Source: Octopus vulgaris
Taxonomy: Eukaryota
Length of the DNA stretch: 64,000 bases
NCBI GenBank assembly: GCA_951406725.2
Contig: OX597826.1
Span: 44,826,001 to 44,890,000 of the forward strand
Reading direction: 5' to 3'
Positions within the stretch are counted from its first letter, which is position 1; every line of letters begins with the position of its first letter. The notes below the pieces were generated by a model that was given only the letters and a program-made list of their open reading frames with translations, was not told the origin of the DNA and ran no database searches. Positions 1 through 15,029 of the stretch are shown piece by piece. The translations under genes were made by a program, and so were the position numbers.

Positions 1-300
1 TATACGTAAACTCATATTTTGAGTTGCATATTTCCTGTTTGCATCAACATATGTATATCTGTCTAACTATCTATCTATCTTTCTCTCTCTCTTGCTCCCC
101 CCTCTCTCTGTATATATATATATATAGAGAGAGAGAGACGGGTGGTGTCATTCTGATTGCTCAAGGGAATAGTTTCCTTCATGAAACGGTGAAATGGTGA
201 TCATATATCTAAGAGATAGAGTCTTTGTCCTGCTACAATCGTGATAGCTTATCTATCCTATTCAAATGAATTAGCAACATATATATATATATATATATAG

Positions 301-1360
<1,060 letters not shown>

Positions 1361-1817
1361 CATATAATATATACTCACATACATACAGGTATCTGTGTGT
1401 ATACATATTGTTCATAAGGGGAAGTAGTAGGTCTTGCACGTATATTTCTACCAACTATATTTACAGATATTTTCATAATTACATAGGTTTGTAAAGGTAC
1501 TGGCATCCACCAATAATGTATAGTTATTAAATTTTCTGGCTACCGTTCATTTAGTTGTTGCTTCAGCCCGAGATGAAATTGTCTTTTGCCGTACATACGC
1601 ATAATAGCAATTAAAATTGTTGTGCACGTGTACAATAGATTTGAATATACTCTGATACGTAATCAAATTTCATTCAATCCGCACAAATCAAATTTCTATT
1701 CTTTATTTTCAACATCATATAAGTTATAAGGAAATTAGAAATTAACGTTAATAGCATTAGTTTTCTGCTGAGAGAAATAAATGTTTACGATTCATGGATA
1801 TACTCATATATATACGT

Positions 1818-1895
<78 letters not shown>

Positions 1896-2064
1896 ATGGT
1901 ATGTTCTGTTTAAAACGTAGTAGAGTACAGTATAAAGCTCGTCTACCTTCAGATTTACTATATTTACATATTACCAGAGGAAACACACTAGATCTCATAA
2001 AGCAAAAACAATTGTAGTAAATGCTCAACCATACTTCTGCTCGTTGAATCCAATTTTTTCAATT

Positions 2065-2105
<41 letters not shown>

Positions 2106-2106
<1 letters not shown>

Positions 2107-2441
2107 TGCTTCCCAACCACATACTTTCGGGTTCAATCCAACTGCGTGGCACCTTCGGCAAGTGTCTTCTACTATAGCCTCCGGCCGACCAAAGCTTTGT
2201 GAGTGGATTTCGTAGACGGAAACTGAAAGAAACCTGTCATGCATATATATTTATATGTGTGTGTGTATGTTTGTGTGTGTGTGTTTGACCTCCCACCATC
2301 GCTTGACAACCGATGTTGGTGTGTTCACAACTCCGTAACTTAGTAGTTCGGTAAAAGAAAACGATATTACTCGGCTTACAAAAAAATAATTATGGGGTTG
2401 ATTTCTTCGACTAAAGGCGGTGCTCTACCATGACCGCAGTC
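2106..2441 (+). mobile_element. tRNA-derived SINE, family B (5'-truncated)
   Basis: B-box-like GGTTCAATCC, GTGGCACCTT.GGCAAGTGTC, GTAGACGGAAACTGAAAGAA, tail GGCGGTGCTC...GCAGTC; homologous to 38791-39198. Confidence 0.8.
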
Positions 2442-2475
2442 ATATATGTATATATAACTGTATATAACATATACC

Positions 2476-2820
2476 ATAATGATATTTAATCTCCGATTTT
2501 AAAGCGCCAATTTTTAAATATAAATAAATGACCGAAAAATGATGAGCCAACCTCAGTCTGAATCGAACCCATAAATGGTAGCTGTCAAGGTTCCTTGCGA
2601 ACCTGATTGTTTATAAAATCATTATTTATGTAGTTTAAGTATATATTAACTAAATTTGACTGAAATTGATGGGTGAGCATTTGGCCAGTCAGATTCGCAT
2701 GTAGCCATGACAGCTACGATTTGTGGATTCGATTCAGCCTGAGGTTAGCTCATCATTTTTCGGTCATTTGTTTATATTTAAAAATTGTCGCTTTAAAATC
2801 GGAGATTAAATATCATTATG
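2476..2820. repeat. Imperfect inverted repeat (~130-bp arms) containing a B-box-like motif and T-run
   Basis: 2476-2607 is the reverse complement of 2687-2820; GGATTCGATTC...TCATCATTTTT on the + arm. Confidence 0.85.
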
Positions 2821-4212
2821 ATATATATTATGTACAGTTATTATACTAGCAGCCTTCCATAGTAGTTTTCTCTCCGTAACTCGCAAAGACTTTGAGAATT
2901 GTTCCTTCGTTTCTAACATGGCAAAATTTGACGAACAGGGGAGAAGCACTGCAAAACAAAGATGCATCACTTAACATAGCGACGCCGGTCGGCAGATTGA
3001 TGTTTGAGGGTTGCATCAAGTGGCTTCTAGCGGTGAAGCCTGAACTACAACGGTTTTATACCACTCGAACCCATATCTTTTGATATTACTCCGGCCAACT
3101 GCTTTACCATTAAGCTAAACTGCCCTCCGACAAATCAAGCCGCTTTTTAGAAGCTTTTAAAGCTAAATGTGCAACCACGTGTATATAAATATAAGCGAAC
3201 TAATATTTGTTTCTCATAAGCGCCGAAATGTGAATGGATTTGGTAGACGGAAACTGAAAGAAGCCTGCTGTGTAAATATATATAGATATATCCACGTATG
3301 TTGATTTTAACCATAAGTTTCGTGCTATTCATTCAAATTCTATCGATATCCAAAGATCTCGTTCAGAAAAAGAGATTGTTTTAATCATAAACAATCTTCG
3401 TTTTCAGCTGCTGTTCCTTACATTTTTAAAACAGATATACATCAAAGTTATAGATATCACACAAGTATTCTTAATACTTTCGCTGAATCTCTGTATGACT
3501 TGTCTGTGTAATACTTTGTTTCAACATCGTTTTCTTTTTAATAATAATAATACATGACAGTAAGTAACGACTTTTTTCTTCAGAAAATAAAAGTGTAACG
3601 AAAAAAAATACAACATATCAACAAATTTTTAATGAAGTTTAACTATAAACTGGAAAATGTATATACCCGCGAAATTGAAGTGGATCACGCGGTTCCAAAC
3701 TAAACACATACATGAAAGCTTTCCTTTTCGAAGTACATACATATTAAATTTAATTTCCGGTTGGTGGCATGTTCACAACCCGTGCGAAATCAGTTACGCT
3801 AGCAATATTTCCTCGAGGCAATTAGAAGCTATAAGTAACTCCAAAGAAAGCAAGATCCGGAAATGATTTTAATAACCAAGATGTAGTTAAGCTACAGAGG
3901 AGCAGCATTGGTTAAATGAATGGATGTACAGAAACTACAAAGATAATCAGCAGTACAGTTAATCAAAACTCTCCAGCATCGTTCTCACTTGAATGCGGTT
4001 GAAGGCAAATTTATAAGAAAAAGACACCGAAAGTAAACGAGTGAGAGAGAAAGGGAGAGGAGGGAATTGGTGGAGAAGGATAAAGCTTGGTCTATAAGGG
4101 CGTACAAATTTGTTTGATGGACGAAATTGAAATAAAGCAAGTTCGAGATACAGATAGGTAGGTAAGCAGATGAACTGAGGAATGAACTGACAGATGGATC
4201 TCTCTCTCTCTC

Positions 4213-4252
<40 letters not shown>

Positions 4253-4293
4253 ATCTTTATATTAACCTATATATATACATATGTATCTATATG

Positions 4294-4324
<31 letters not shown>

Positions 4325-4331
4325 GTATTTA

Positions 4332-4403
<72 letters not shown>

Positions 4404-4499
4404 TATATGCATATATATGTATATATGCGCATACATATATAAATATATATATACATTTACAAACTATATATATGTGTGTATGAGTGCGAACATATAGTT

Positions 4500-5130
4500 T
4501 ATTTCTAGACTGTAATAGTTTCATAAATTCAGTTATGCATAGTAAACACGTTTTATTCCTAATATTATAGGAGTGGGCTCTACCTATAATATTTATATTA
4601 AGGGTGTACTCCCTTTTTCTAGATTTTAATTCCCATATATATTTACTTAAGCCTTTATACTTACTTTAATTGGGATTTTTAAAGGTCTGGTAGTGTTAGG
4701 ATATTCTCTTTTAAATTTCATTAGCTGTTGATCCAATATAAGCCTTTATCTATAATTTTATAATTATTGTTCTTAGAGCTAACTATATACTTATAAATTA
4801 CATTAACAATATTACAATTATTAGAAAGCTTACATTTAGTCTTATTATGACATGAATATTTTTCTATATGTTGATTAAATCTTATATCACTATCGTTTAT
4901 ATTATAGCTAGAGCTATTATTTATTATGCTATTATAATAATTATTTAATTTCTTATTATTTATAGAGGAAATGATTTTGCCTACATTTCTCGATATATTT
5001 CTTGAGTATCCCACTCTTATGATTTTATTGGAAAATATACCAGCTGGAAATTTTCGTTATATCCTTTAAATATTATTTCGTGATGTGAAAACTGATACCA
5101 TGAGTTTACTGTAAGATATACTTATAAGGT
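4500..5130 (-). mobile_element. Penelope-like retroelement fragment: linker and GIY-YIG endonuclease (decayed)
   Basis: Minus-strand frames give VGYS...VGKIISSINNKKL, CHNKTKCKLSNNCNIVNVIYK, YIGST (after a frameshift), [10 protein letters not shown] and [11 protein letters not shown], matching PLE C-terminal GIY-YIG motifs. Confidence 0.8.
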
Positions 5131-5383
5131 TATTTTTGTATTTTCTGAAATATAATACCCGCATATCGATTAATCCCCCAAAATTGAATATTGACTTTTA
5201 TCAGATACTTGCATATTTATAGATAAATGTATAAATATACGATAAATAAATGTATAAATATACGATAAATAAACTCCAAAGTACGATATGTAGATGCATA
5301 GAACGCTGTAGGGTTACACCTGATTGATTTAGAAATGAGATAAAAAACCAAGGCTGTGAAGATTTTAGAACATTTATAAATAG

Positions 5384-5431
5384 GTCTTACAGCTGTTTCC
5401 GGGACATTTATTATATCCCTTCATCTGAGAC
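5384..5431 (-). ncRNA. Type I hammerhead ribozyme (U4A variant)
   Basis: Minus strand: GTCT-CAGATGA-A-GGGATAT-AATAA-ATGTCCC-G-GAAAC-AGCT-GTA-AGAC; stem I GTCT/AGAC, palindromic stem III ACAGCTGT. Confidence 0.7.
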
Positions 5432-5619
5432 GGTGTGAGAAAATGGTTAAACAATAGTTAATTTAGATAAGATATGAAATAGAGAGTGAAGTGAAGGAAT
5501 AAAACTAGATGTGAGATATGCAGGGATATTGCATTTGTAGATCTATTTTCATTTCTCCACTTCACCATCTACTTCATATCTTATCTAAATTAACTATTGC
5601 TTATCCATTTTCTCACACC

Positions 5620-5666
5620 AACTCCGATGAAGGGATATAATACATATCTCGAAACAGCTGTAAGCC
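5620..5666 (+). ncRNA. Type I hammerhead ribozyme (CCGAUGA core, weakened stem I)
   Basis: CT-CCGATGA-A-GGGATAT-AATAC-ATATCTC-GAAAC-AGCT-GTA-AG. Confidence 0.7.
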
Positions 5667-5881
5667 CTTCTATTTATAAATGTTCTAACATCTTCACAGC
5701 TTTGGGTTTTTTTATCTCATTCTGAAATTTTTTTTTATATATACACATGCTGATATATGACATACGTTGCACTCCTTATTCCCATAATCACCGAACCTGG
5801 AGCTTAACTATGGTCTGTCCATAGCACTTACTCAGCATTACCTGATACCTTTGGGTCTTATTGACCACTTTACCTCTCATA

Positions 5882-5955
<74 letters not shown>

Positions 5956-6035
5956 TTGGAGTCGCATGCATATTCAAGGAGATAGATAAATAGACAAACA
6001 CATAGATAGATAGGTAGATAGAGAGATAGAGAGTT

Positions 6036-6270
6036 AGAGGGATAGATAGATAGATAGATAGAGGGAGAGGGAGAGAGAAATACAGAGATATGTATGTATG
6101 TAAGTTGAGAGGTAGGTAGGTAGGTAGGTAGGTAGGTAGGTAGGTAGGTAGGTAGGTAGGTAGGTAGGTAGGTAGGTAGGTAGGTAGGTAGGTAGGTAGG
6201 TACGTACGTACGTACGTGTGTACGTATGTAGGTAGTCAGGTAGGTATGTAGGTAGGTAGTTATGTAGGTA
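6036..6270. repeat. Compound (AGAT)/(TAGG)n/(TACG)n microsatellite
   Basis: Directly visible; explains the TYLP-repeat ORFs. Confidence 0.95.
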
Positions 6271-6935
6271 GAGAGATACATACAAATGCAGGTTGGCTAA
6301 GTGGATTATTACGCATACATACCTGTACATGCACTCATATAAGTATGTACACAAGCACACATTCACATAGTGAGATAAAGAGAGAGAGAGTGAGAGAGAG
6401 AAGGGGTGCAACACAACTAAATGAATGAGGATAGATAGATCAATAGAAGGATACATTGGTTGATACATAGGTAAATAGATAAGTGGGAATGAAGGTAGTA
6501 AATAAGTAATTGGTAGACACATACATAATAGACAAACATACAGATATAGCGGTAAATGAATCTGCTTAGTGGTTCTTATGAGGAAAACTACGACATATCT
6601 AACCGAACTAAAAAATGCAAAATTCATATTTTCGATATTTCCTCAGAATTTGTATGATTGTAAATATTGTGATTGCAGACAATGTGCTTGTAGATATTGT
6701 TCTTCTATTGTAAACAATGGTACGCAGGAAAATTTGTCTTGCGAAAATGTTTGAAAAAATTCGTATGTAATCTGTGAAATGCACGACAACAATTGCGGTA
6801 AAGAATTTAATTTTCGTACTAGATTATTCAAATGGAATTGTAATATATGTGTATATGTAATATGTACAAACATATATCTTATATATTATAGCACATTATA
6901 ATATAGTATAGTGTTTGCATGTATATTTAATATGC

Positions 6936-6988
<53 letters not shown>

Positions 6989-7149
6989 TAAATACAAAAT
7001 GGGACAAGAACGCAAAACATCCAGACAGTTAGGTGATACAAGGGACAACAAAACATCCAGATATATACATACACACATAAAATATATATACATACATAAG
7101 CATGTACATACATAGATACATGCATATTTATAAAAATACAAATACATAC

Positions 7150-7218
<69 letters not shown>

Positions 7219-8676
7219 TGTATGTATATGCATATACGTTAATCAAGAAAATTTGCACGTCCAGACTAACTCACGGGAGTGATAAAAGTGCGTTTCCTTT
7301 CTTTCTCTCTCTTGCTTAATATAGAGTGTGTATATAGCACGGCAACGAGTCAAATTCTGTTGAGCGTATCCATGTCCTATCTAATCATTGGAAAAGATAG
7401 AAAATGAAAACAAATTCCAGTAATATATTATTTTGAACTAAATGGATGAAACCATTAGTCATGAGATGGATTCCTACAAAAACAAGGGAAGATGAAAATT
7501 GAATTCATTTTCTACTAATAAATTTGTATTGATTCAACGATTAGGCGTGTATGGATATCTACGTATACTCTGTTCGTCTACGCATTGTCTGATTGTTGTC
7601 TGCTCTCCTGATTGATATCTAGTAAATGAACTTCGACTATTTATTTATTTACTTACTTATTTATTTATTCAGTTATTCTTCATTTAAACAATTATTGTAA
7701 TATATTTCACAAAGCTGTAATTTTTAGTCCATACTATTTTTGCTTTATGTTGATAAATTATAAAATTATAAAAAGACGTATTATATATACAACTTCGTCA
7801 GGAGGAAGGGTGGTCCTATGAGCATTTATAGGGTGATATGATGATGTCCTTCGAACAGAAATCTGACGTGAATGCTTGCAAATGAATGGACTCCGCTAAA
7901 TGCTCACAAAGACAATATAATGGTATTAAACCGGACGCCTGTTTAAGTCTACCACCCATGCATATGATGTTGAAATTTGAGCTCACTCTTCAGAGAGCTG
8001 AATCTAATACTGTAAGGAATCTCTCAAGCTCTAACGTTTCCGATAGTCCCACAAAATTAAAAGCAATGTTTACCTTTGCGATATTTGAAATTAGAATCAA
8101 ACATGCTTCAATGAATAACTAGAAGTATTTCGCACAACGTCTTAACCACTTCGCTTATTCGTACATTATTTATAATATAATCCTTTCTGACAAAACATAC
8201 ATATAAAAAAAATCCTACATCAAATTGGTTTCCATTTTGAATAAGTCATATGCAAGAAGAAATCGAAATTTGACACTGAACAGCAAAATTATTTATTATT
8301 TAATATTTCAAAAAATCTTTTTGGACTTGAAGGACATTCGACTTTATGATTTTTGCACCTGACTGTTTTTAGCACCCCACTGTATATTAATGTTTGTTTT
8401 GATGTCGAATTATAATAAAAACTATTTGACATTAAATTGAAGAATTACTCGATACGCTTTTTAGAATGCATATTATCGTTTAACAAGAAGAGGGGTGACA
8501 ATGATAGTCCCAGAAAGATTACCAGGCTGAAACTTAAATGATTCTGTCACCCCACTTCTCGCAAAAGTATAACATATATACATATAATACACGCGCGCAC
8601 ACACAAGCACACAAACACACACACATACATACATACATACATACATACATACATACATACATACATACACACGCAC

Positions 8677-8745
<69 letters not shown>

Positions 8746-8808
8746 ATAAGGTTCGGGTAAAGTTCTTCTAGAGGAGGTATGAAAAAATTTATTTCACTAA
8801 CATCCATA

Positions 8809-8838
8809 CAACGACGATCGTGTCGCAGCCTTTTTCAT
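8809..8838 (-). ncRNA. Degenerate minimal hammerhead remnant
   Basis: Minus: ATGAAAA-AGGCTGC-GACAC-GATC-GTC-GTT; same stem III/cleavage context as 22136-22150 but core mutated. Confidence 0.35.
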
Positions 8839-9778
8839 ATAAAAATATTATTTTATTGTTTAATTAATGAATAAATAATATATTCTTTTATATCCCTTTA
8901 TTAATGTATATAATATAAATTATATAATTTATATATTACTACAGCTATAAAAACTTGCTCATTAGGTCAATGACTACCACAATCACTCTATTTTCCTTTC
9001 ATCGCAAGCAATGAAATATTTTTTTTTCATTTTTAAACCACTTCTCTTTCTTTCATTATATATATATATTTATATTAACTAGATTGAGTATTAGCTTTTC
9101 AAAAAACCTCACCGAAGGCCCTCAGATATTTTCTTTCTCCAGTATTTCTATCGCACTGACGTTAAGTAGACAGCTGACTTCAACTACTAATATTATTTTT
9201 TTCATTTTCTATTTTATCAATCCAAATGAACAATGTCAGGTCGGGTATGTTTTAATTAGTTTGCTGTTTATAGTCTTATTTTACACCGATATTTAATGGA
9301 TCTAGTGTTCTGAGTATGTTCTTCATTTGTTGATATTTTTTTATTTCCTATTCTGTTCCAGAATAATTTCGCAGCCACATTTTGACTTATGGTTTAGAAT
9401 GTGGGTAATATCCTCAGGACTTCTAGTAATTAATTTCTCGAGGTTGACAGTGACGGCTGATATCTTCTGTTTAGATTTTGCATAGCTTGAATTTGTCTTC
9501 AGTTGTTGTTTTCTCTCTCTGGGTTAGACGACATTTAGGTGGGTGCCGAGTTTCTCTTTCTCCTCAGTTTCATGGAATAATCTGTCAAGGAACACCGAGC
9601 CAAGCCAGAGATTTTAAAGGGTAATATTACCTCTGTGGTCTCTATCTTTCTTTTCAAGTCCCCAGCTACAGCAATGTTGCTACTCTATTTCATGATGAGT
9701 TAGCCATAATTTTCCAAAGTTCTTTAGATAGACATGTGTTTGTACGTGTGTGTGTATGTGTATCTAATAAGGAACATG

Positions 9779-9829
<51 letters not shown>

Positions 9830-10056
9830 TTTCTACTTTTGGAACTTGATCTTGTAGCACCTATAAATTTATAATTAACAGCATGTAAATAATGGATGGA
9901 AAATCACTTTGGAATAGAAAAAGGTGAATGAATATGTACTTTGAGATGCAGTTCCTAGAAAAAAAGAATATTTCATGTTCTCTCGAAAGCTTATAAATTC
10001 TTATGACGTTTTATGTATATATATATATATATATGACTTAATTTTCTTCTCACACC

Positions 10057-10108
10057 GTCTCCGATGAAGGGATATTATTCATTAATATCCTAGAAACAGC
10101 AGTAAGAT
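10057..10108 (+). ncRNA. Type I hammerhead ribozyme, same family as 5384/5620
   Basis: GTCT-CCGATGA-A-GGGATATTA-TTCAT-TAATATCCT-A-GAAAC-AGCA-GTA-AGAT; flanks 10045-10160 align to 5610-5720; between (TA)n tracts. Confidence 0.75.
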
Positions 10109-10405
10109 CTTCTATCTATAACTGCTCAAATATCTATACAGCCTTGGTTTTTTATCTTATTACGCAAAAAATTCTTATATATATATATATATTGAGAGAG
10201 AGAGATGGGGGTGAGTGTGTGTGTGTGTGTGTGAGCTTTACTTATTTGAGTCAACTAGGGCTGATTATCTAACCCAAACATATTTTCCCATTTCTTGTAC
10301 GTAAAGTTAAGCAAAATATTTCATGGGATTTTGCAACCTGTAATTTAGTTCTCTTCACCGTTACGATCCGGGTTTTACAAGATGCTTGCCTTAATTCCTT
10401 CATTG

Positions 10406-10753
10406 TCTTCAGTCTTTCTACTGCAGCCATGCTGGGGCACCGCCTTGAAAGGTTTTAGTCGAACTAACCGACTACTTTGCTCTATCGGTCTCATACCGAA
10501 CCGCCAGGTTGCTGAGGTGCAAGCAATCCAACACCAATTGTCAAGTAGTAGTGGGAGTTAAACACAAACACAATGACGCACACAAAGAACACACATGCTT
10601 ACAAACATACAAACACACACATACACACACACACACAAACACACATATATAGGATGGTCTTCTCTCAGTTTCTGTCTAAGGATATTTACTTAAGGTGAAC
10701 CCGTAGCCATGGAGCTGTGCAACAAACTATGAACCATACGGCCACACCTGCGC
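10406..10753 (-). mobile_element. SINE family B, diverged
   Basis: Reverse complement of the tail (GCCATGCTGGGGCACCGCC) and body of 38791-39198. Confidence 0.7.
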
Positions 10754-10882
10754 TCATACGTGTTGAAATTTCTTCGTTCTTACTGCAATTCAGATTTCTC
10801 TTCTCTTATTTACTTCCTTTTCTATTTAATTTCAAGATCACAGCTGGTGGATAAATTTAATTTATTCTTGATTCTTATTGAC

Positions 10883-12260
10883 GATGGAACTTGCAGCAAT
10901 ATGCAATACTTGCCACATTCATATATTCATTTCACAAAGATATTATTCTGACAAGTTCAATAGTCAAAGGTGCGCATCAGTGTGGGCACGACAAAGAGTT
11001 GTAAGTATGATGCTTGCGGCAGTCTCAGAGTCGTGACTAAATATTTTAGTTAATCTTTTAAGGCATTTAATTTCGGATGCCCTGTACATATGAATGGGAT
11101 CATCATACTTGATATTCTTCTCTGGTTCATGAATAATTCTTGGAGATTTCATGTGAGTTGAATGTATGAATATCTTTTGTCTTTTTTAATCTTCTTTCTT
11201 TCATCTATTTTAGTCATTAGCCGGCAGCCATGCATTCAAGAATTTTTGGTCGAACGAATACATCGTAGTACTTACTTATTTTTAAAAGCCTGATACTTAT
11301 CCTAACGGTTTCTGTGGCATAACTGCTAAGTTACGGGAATGTAAGTACATCAACACCGGTTGATGGAACTTGCGGTAGCATGTAATACTTGCCACGTTCA
11401 TATATTCGTGTCACAAAATTTTTATAGTGACTAATTCACGGGTCAAAGGTGTGCGTCAGTGTAGGCACGACAAAGATTTGTAACCATGATGCTTGTTACA
11501 TGCTGAGAATCGTGACTCGGTATTTTAAATGTTCTTTTAATGCATTGAATTCCTATTTCTTTACTACCCACAAGGGGCTAAACACAGAGAGGACAAACAA
11601 GGACAGACAAACGGATTAAGTCGGTTTTATCGACGTCAGTGCGTAACTGGTACTTACTTAATCGACCCCGAAAGGGTGAAAGGCAAAGTCGACCTCGGCG
11701 GAATTTGAACGCAGAACCTAGCGGCAGGCGAAATACCAATTTTTTTAATACCCACAAGGGGCTAAACACAGAGAAGACAAAGACAGACAAACGGATTAAG
11801 TCGATTATATCGACCCCAGCGCGTGACTGGTACTTATTTAATCGACCCTGAAAGGATGAAAGGTAAAGTTGACCTCGGCGGAATTTGAACTCAGAACGTA
11901 CCCGCAGACAAAATACCACTAACGTTTCTGCCAGATCGCAGCCTTCCCAAGACGTTGGATTCCTGACGCCCTGTGCCTACGAATGGAATCATTATACTTG
12001 CATTACCGTCCGGTTTATGAATGATACTTGGAAATTTCATGTGTTGAATGTATGAATATCTCTTGTCTTTTTAGACTTTTATCTTTCGTCAATTTTAGTC
12101 ATTAACCTGCGGTCATGCTGGGGCACTACCTTCAAGAATTCTTGGTCGATTCTATCGACCGCAGTACTTATTTTATTTTATCTTTATTTTTAAGCCCGGT
12201 ACTTATACTATCGGTTTTTGTGCCGAAGTGCTAAGTTACGGGGACGTAAACACACCAGCA
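10883..12260 (+). repeat. Old ~480-bp tandem duplication; second copy interrupted by SINE C
   Basis: GATGGAACTTGC...GTCAAAGGTG.GC.TCAGTGT.GGCACGACAAAGA...TGAATGTATGAATATC starts at 10883 and again at 11362. Confidence 0.75.
11554..11946 (-). mobile_element. Two tandem copies of SINE family C
   Basis: CCCACAAGGGGCTAAACACAGA...TCGACCCCGAAAG...GACCTCGGCGGAATTTGAAC twice; flanked by TTGAATTCCT/TTGGATTCCT (probable TSD). Confidence 0.85.
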
Positions 12261-12400
12261 ACGGTCGACAAGCGGTGGTGAGATCAAAAGCATACGCACA
12301 TACACGCAAACACACAAAATTTTTATAGTGACCAATTCCACTCACAAGGCATTTGTCGAGGCGCAGCTGTATAAGAGAAGACATCATCGACTTGGTAATC
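12080..12400 (-). mobile_element. SINE family B, diverged
   Basis: TGCGGTCATGCTGGGCACTACC...GCTAAGTTACGGGGACGTAAACAC...CCACTCACAAGGC. Confidence 0.65.
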
Positions 12401-12590
12401 ATACATGAGTGTATATATTCATATATGCACGGAAGTATATATGTATGGAAGTAAGATATATTTGTATACATCTACTTTCATGTTTCATATTCTCACTGAT
12501 ACAGAAAAACCGATGCCCAACTCCAGAGGTATCGATCTTCCATGGGAATTTAGACTGCATCAGCTACGTATTCATACATACATACATTCA

Positions 12591-12630
<40 letters not shown>

Positions 12631-12872
12631 CTTACGTAAGAATCTATATATGTATGCATGTGTGCATGTATATATATGTATGTATGTATGTGTAGATATA
12701 ATTCTCAATGTACATAGGGTAGTATGCAGGTTCATGCTTGGAAGAATGCATAGATGCCCTTGCATGAGAAACTGACTTCGTATGCATGTCATGTATATTC
12801 ATGTGTTTTCGTCTACATCCCTTTGTACACTTATAACCGACTAAATTTCTGCAATACTTCAGTACATGCATT

Positions 12873-12906
<34 letters not shown>

Positions 12907-13059
12907 TGCACATATATATGTGTATATATGTATATATATTTATATATATATATCTATATATATATATATATATATGTGTATATATATATATATGTATATA
13001 TGTGTATATATATATATATATATTTGTACGTATATATGTATATATATATATACATATAT

Positions 13060-13126
<67 letters not shown>

Positions 13127-13714
13127 ACTTGTTTTCACAGTGAGGTTAATGGTTTGCAATTGTAATTTCCTAATTAGCAGTGTCCATCTTCGTTTTGTAA
13201 ATTCCAGATTCTCAAGAGTGGTGCCGAGACTATTAGTTACGTAACCAAATGCATCAAGACTCACAGGAAAAAATTAAATTTCTAGTCCGGGTCTGGAATC
13301 GGTAGGATTCTCATTAGTTTGACGTAGATGTTTCCGCTTGCTTTTATTCTTTACATTATGGTAGCGTCTGCTAGACAACTGCTTGAATATATGTATGTAT
13401 GTATGTAGATAAGTAGGCAGGCAGGCAGGCAGGCAGGCAGGTAGGCAGGCAGGCTTGTAGGTAGGTAGGTAGGTAGGTAGGTAGGTAGGTAGGTATATGT
13501 GTACGTATATGTGCATGAATATGTTTGTATGAATTACGTATTTATGAAATCATGTGTTTGTATATGTGTGTGAATTTAAATATGTTTGAATATATGTACA
13601 TATGTATGTGCAAATGTATGCATGTATGTACGTATGTATGTGTATGTATGTGTATATGTATGTTCGAAAGTATGCATGTATCTACGTATGTATATATGTA
13701 TGTATGTACATATG

Positions 13715-13748
<34 letters not shown>

Positions 13749-15029
13749 TGTATGTATGTATGTATGTATGTATTGATGGATGGATGGATGGATGGATGGA
13801 TGGATGAATGTTCGAACGTATGCATTTGGGGTGCTGCTATCAGCAGAGAAATTATTTACTCCCATAATTAACCACACGTTTTATTTTTCTCTAGAAAATC
13901 AACACTCCGAGTGAAAATTGAAGAGAGAAGTAGAGAGATGGGGATCATTGTCCAGTGTCTCTTCTGCTAGTGTTTATGGTATTGTTCAGACTTCGTTACT
14001 GCAGAACAGAACGAACTGTTTCTACTGAAGATTTCAAAAGTAGTATTTAATTGCATTACAGTCTGAACCATTCCAAAATGAAGTTAAATTTTATGACTGC
14101 TACCAATGCTAATTGGAATCTTTAGCTAAACCATTTCTACTGTCTGTGACGTCGAATCCAAGCTAATACGAATATGTAACAATAACGAGTTAACCTCCTA
14201 TGACGCTATATATAATTGGAATATCAAGTTTTCAGTATATATTATTTAATTTTAATTCATAAAATTTTAGAGCCACTTCTAAATATCTCGTTCCAAAATG
14301 TGTTCTCTGCTTACGATCTGCTAAAGAGTTAACACATAAAATACAATGCCAACACCAAAGGTTTAATACTGGGAATTACTACTGGGGATCTACTGGATAT
14401 CCTTCTCAAGGCAACTGTTTCCAATCTTCTTCATGTAAATATATACGCATTACATAATCGATATCAAATATAAAGAGGTAGCGTGAAAATGTGTCCCTTT
14501 GAAGTACGCCTGTAAACGCCTTAAATTTGTTAATAGTCAGGAATACGATTGTAAGCAACGACAGGGAAAAAAATGGCATTTCATAGAAACTAAGGATATT
14601 TTGAATTATTGCTCTGTTTGCAAAGTCAAATGCCTAAGAAAATTCCACGAAAGTTTCCACAAGATTCCGTTTTCTTGAACGGAAGGCGTTGAAGCATATT
14701 TGTTATAATATTACTTGTTCGGGAATCGTTCGACAGTGAGGGAAATACGATTATAAGCGAAACTTTACTGAGAAAGACTCTTTAGTTCCTTTATAATTTA
14801 TTTCATTCGTACTGGGATAGGAGTGATAAACGATTCGTTTTGATGTCAGAAAGAGAATGTTGGAAAGAAGTGGGGGACGTTATGTGTGTTTACTATGTTT
14901 GGTATGAAGGTGGCAAGCAAGCAGGATTGTCAGTAGGCCGGACAAAATGCTTAGCGGCATATATTTCATCTTGACCTTCTGAGTTCAAATTCCGCCTTTG
15001 CCTTTCGGAGTTAATGTGATAGAAAAAAC

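Larger units (their letters stand above)
5333..5722. mobile_element. Inverted pseudo-LTR pair (PLE-type), one hammerhead per arm
   Basis: 5333-5510 and 5540-5722 are imperfect reverse complements with a short spacer. Confidence 0.8.

Noticed and set aside
9360-9422. Minus-strand CTGAGGA...GAAA with CCACATT/AATGTGG stem
   Set aside because: Stems I and III are absent.
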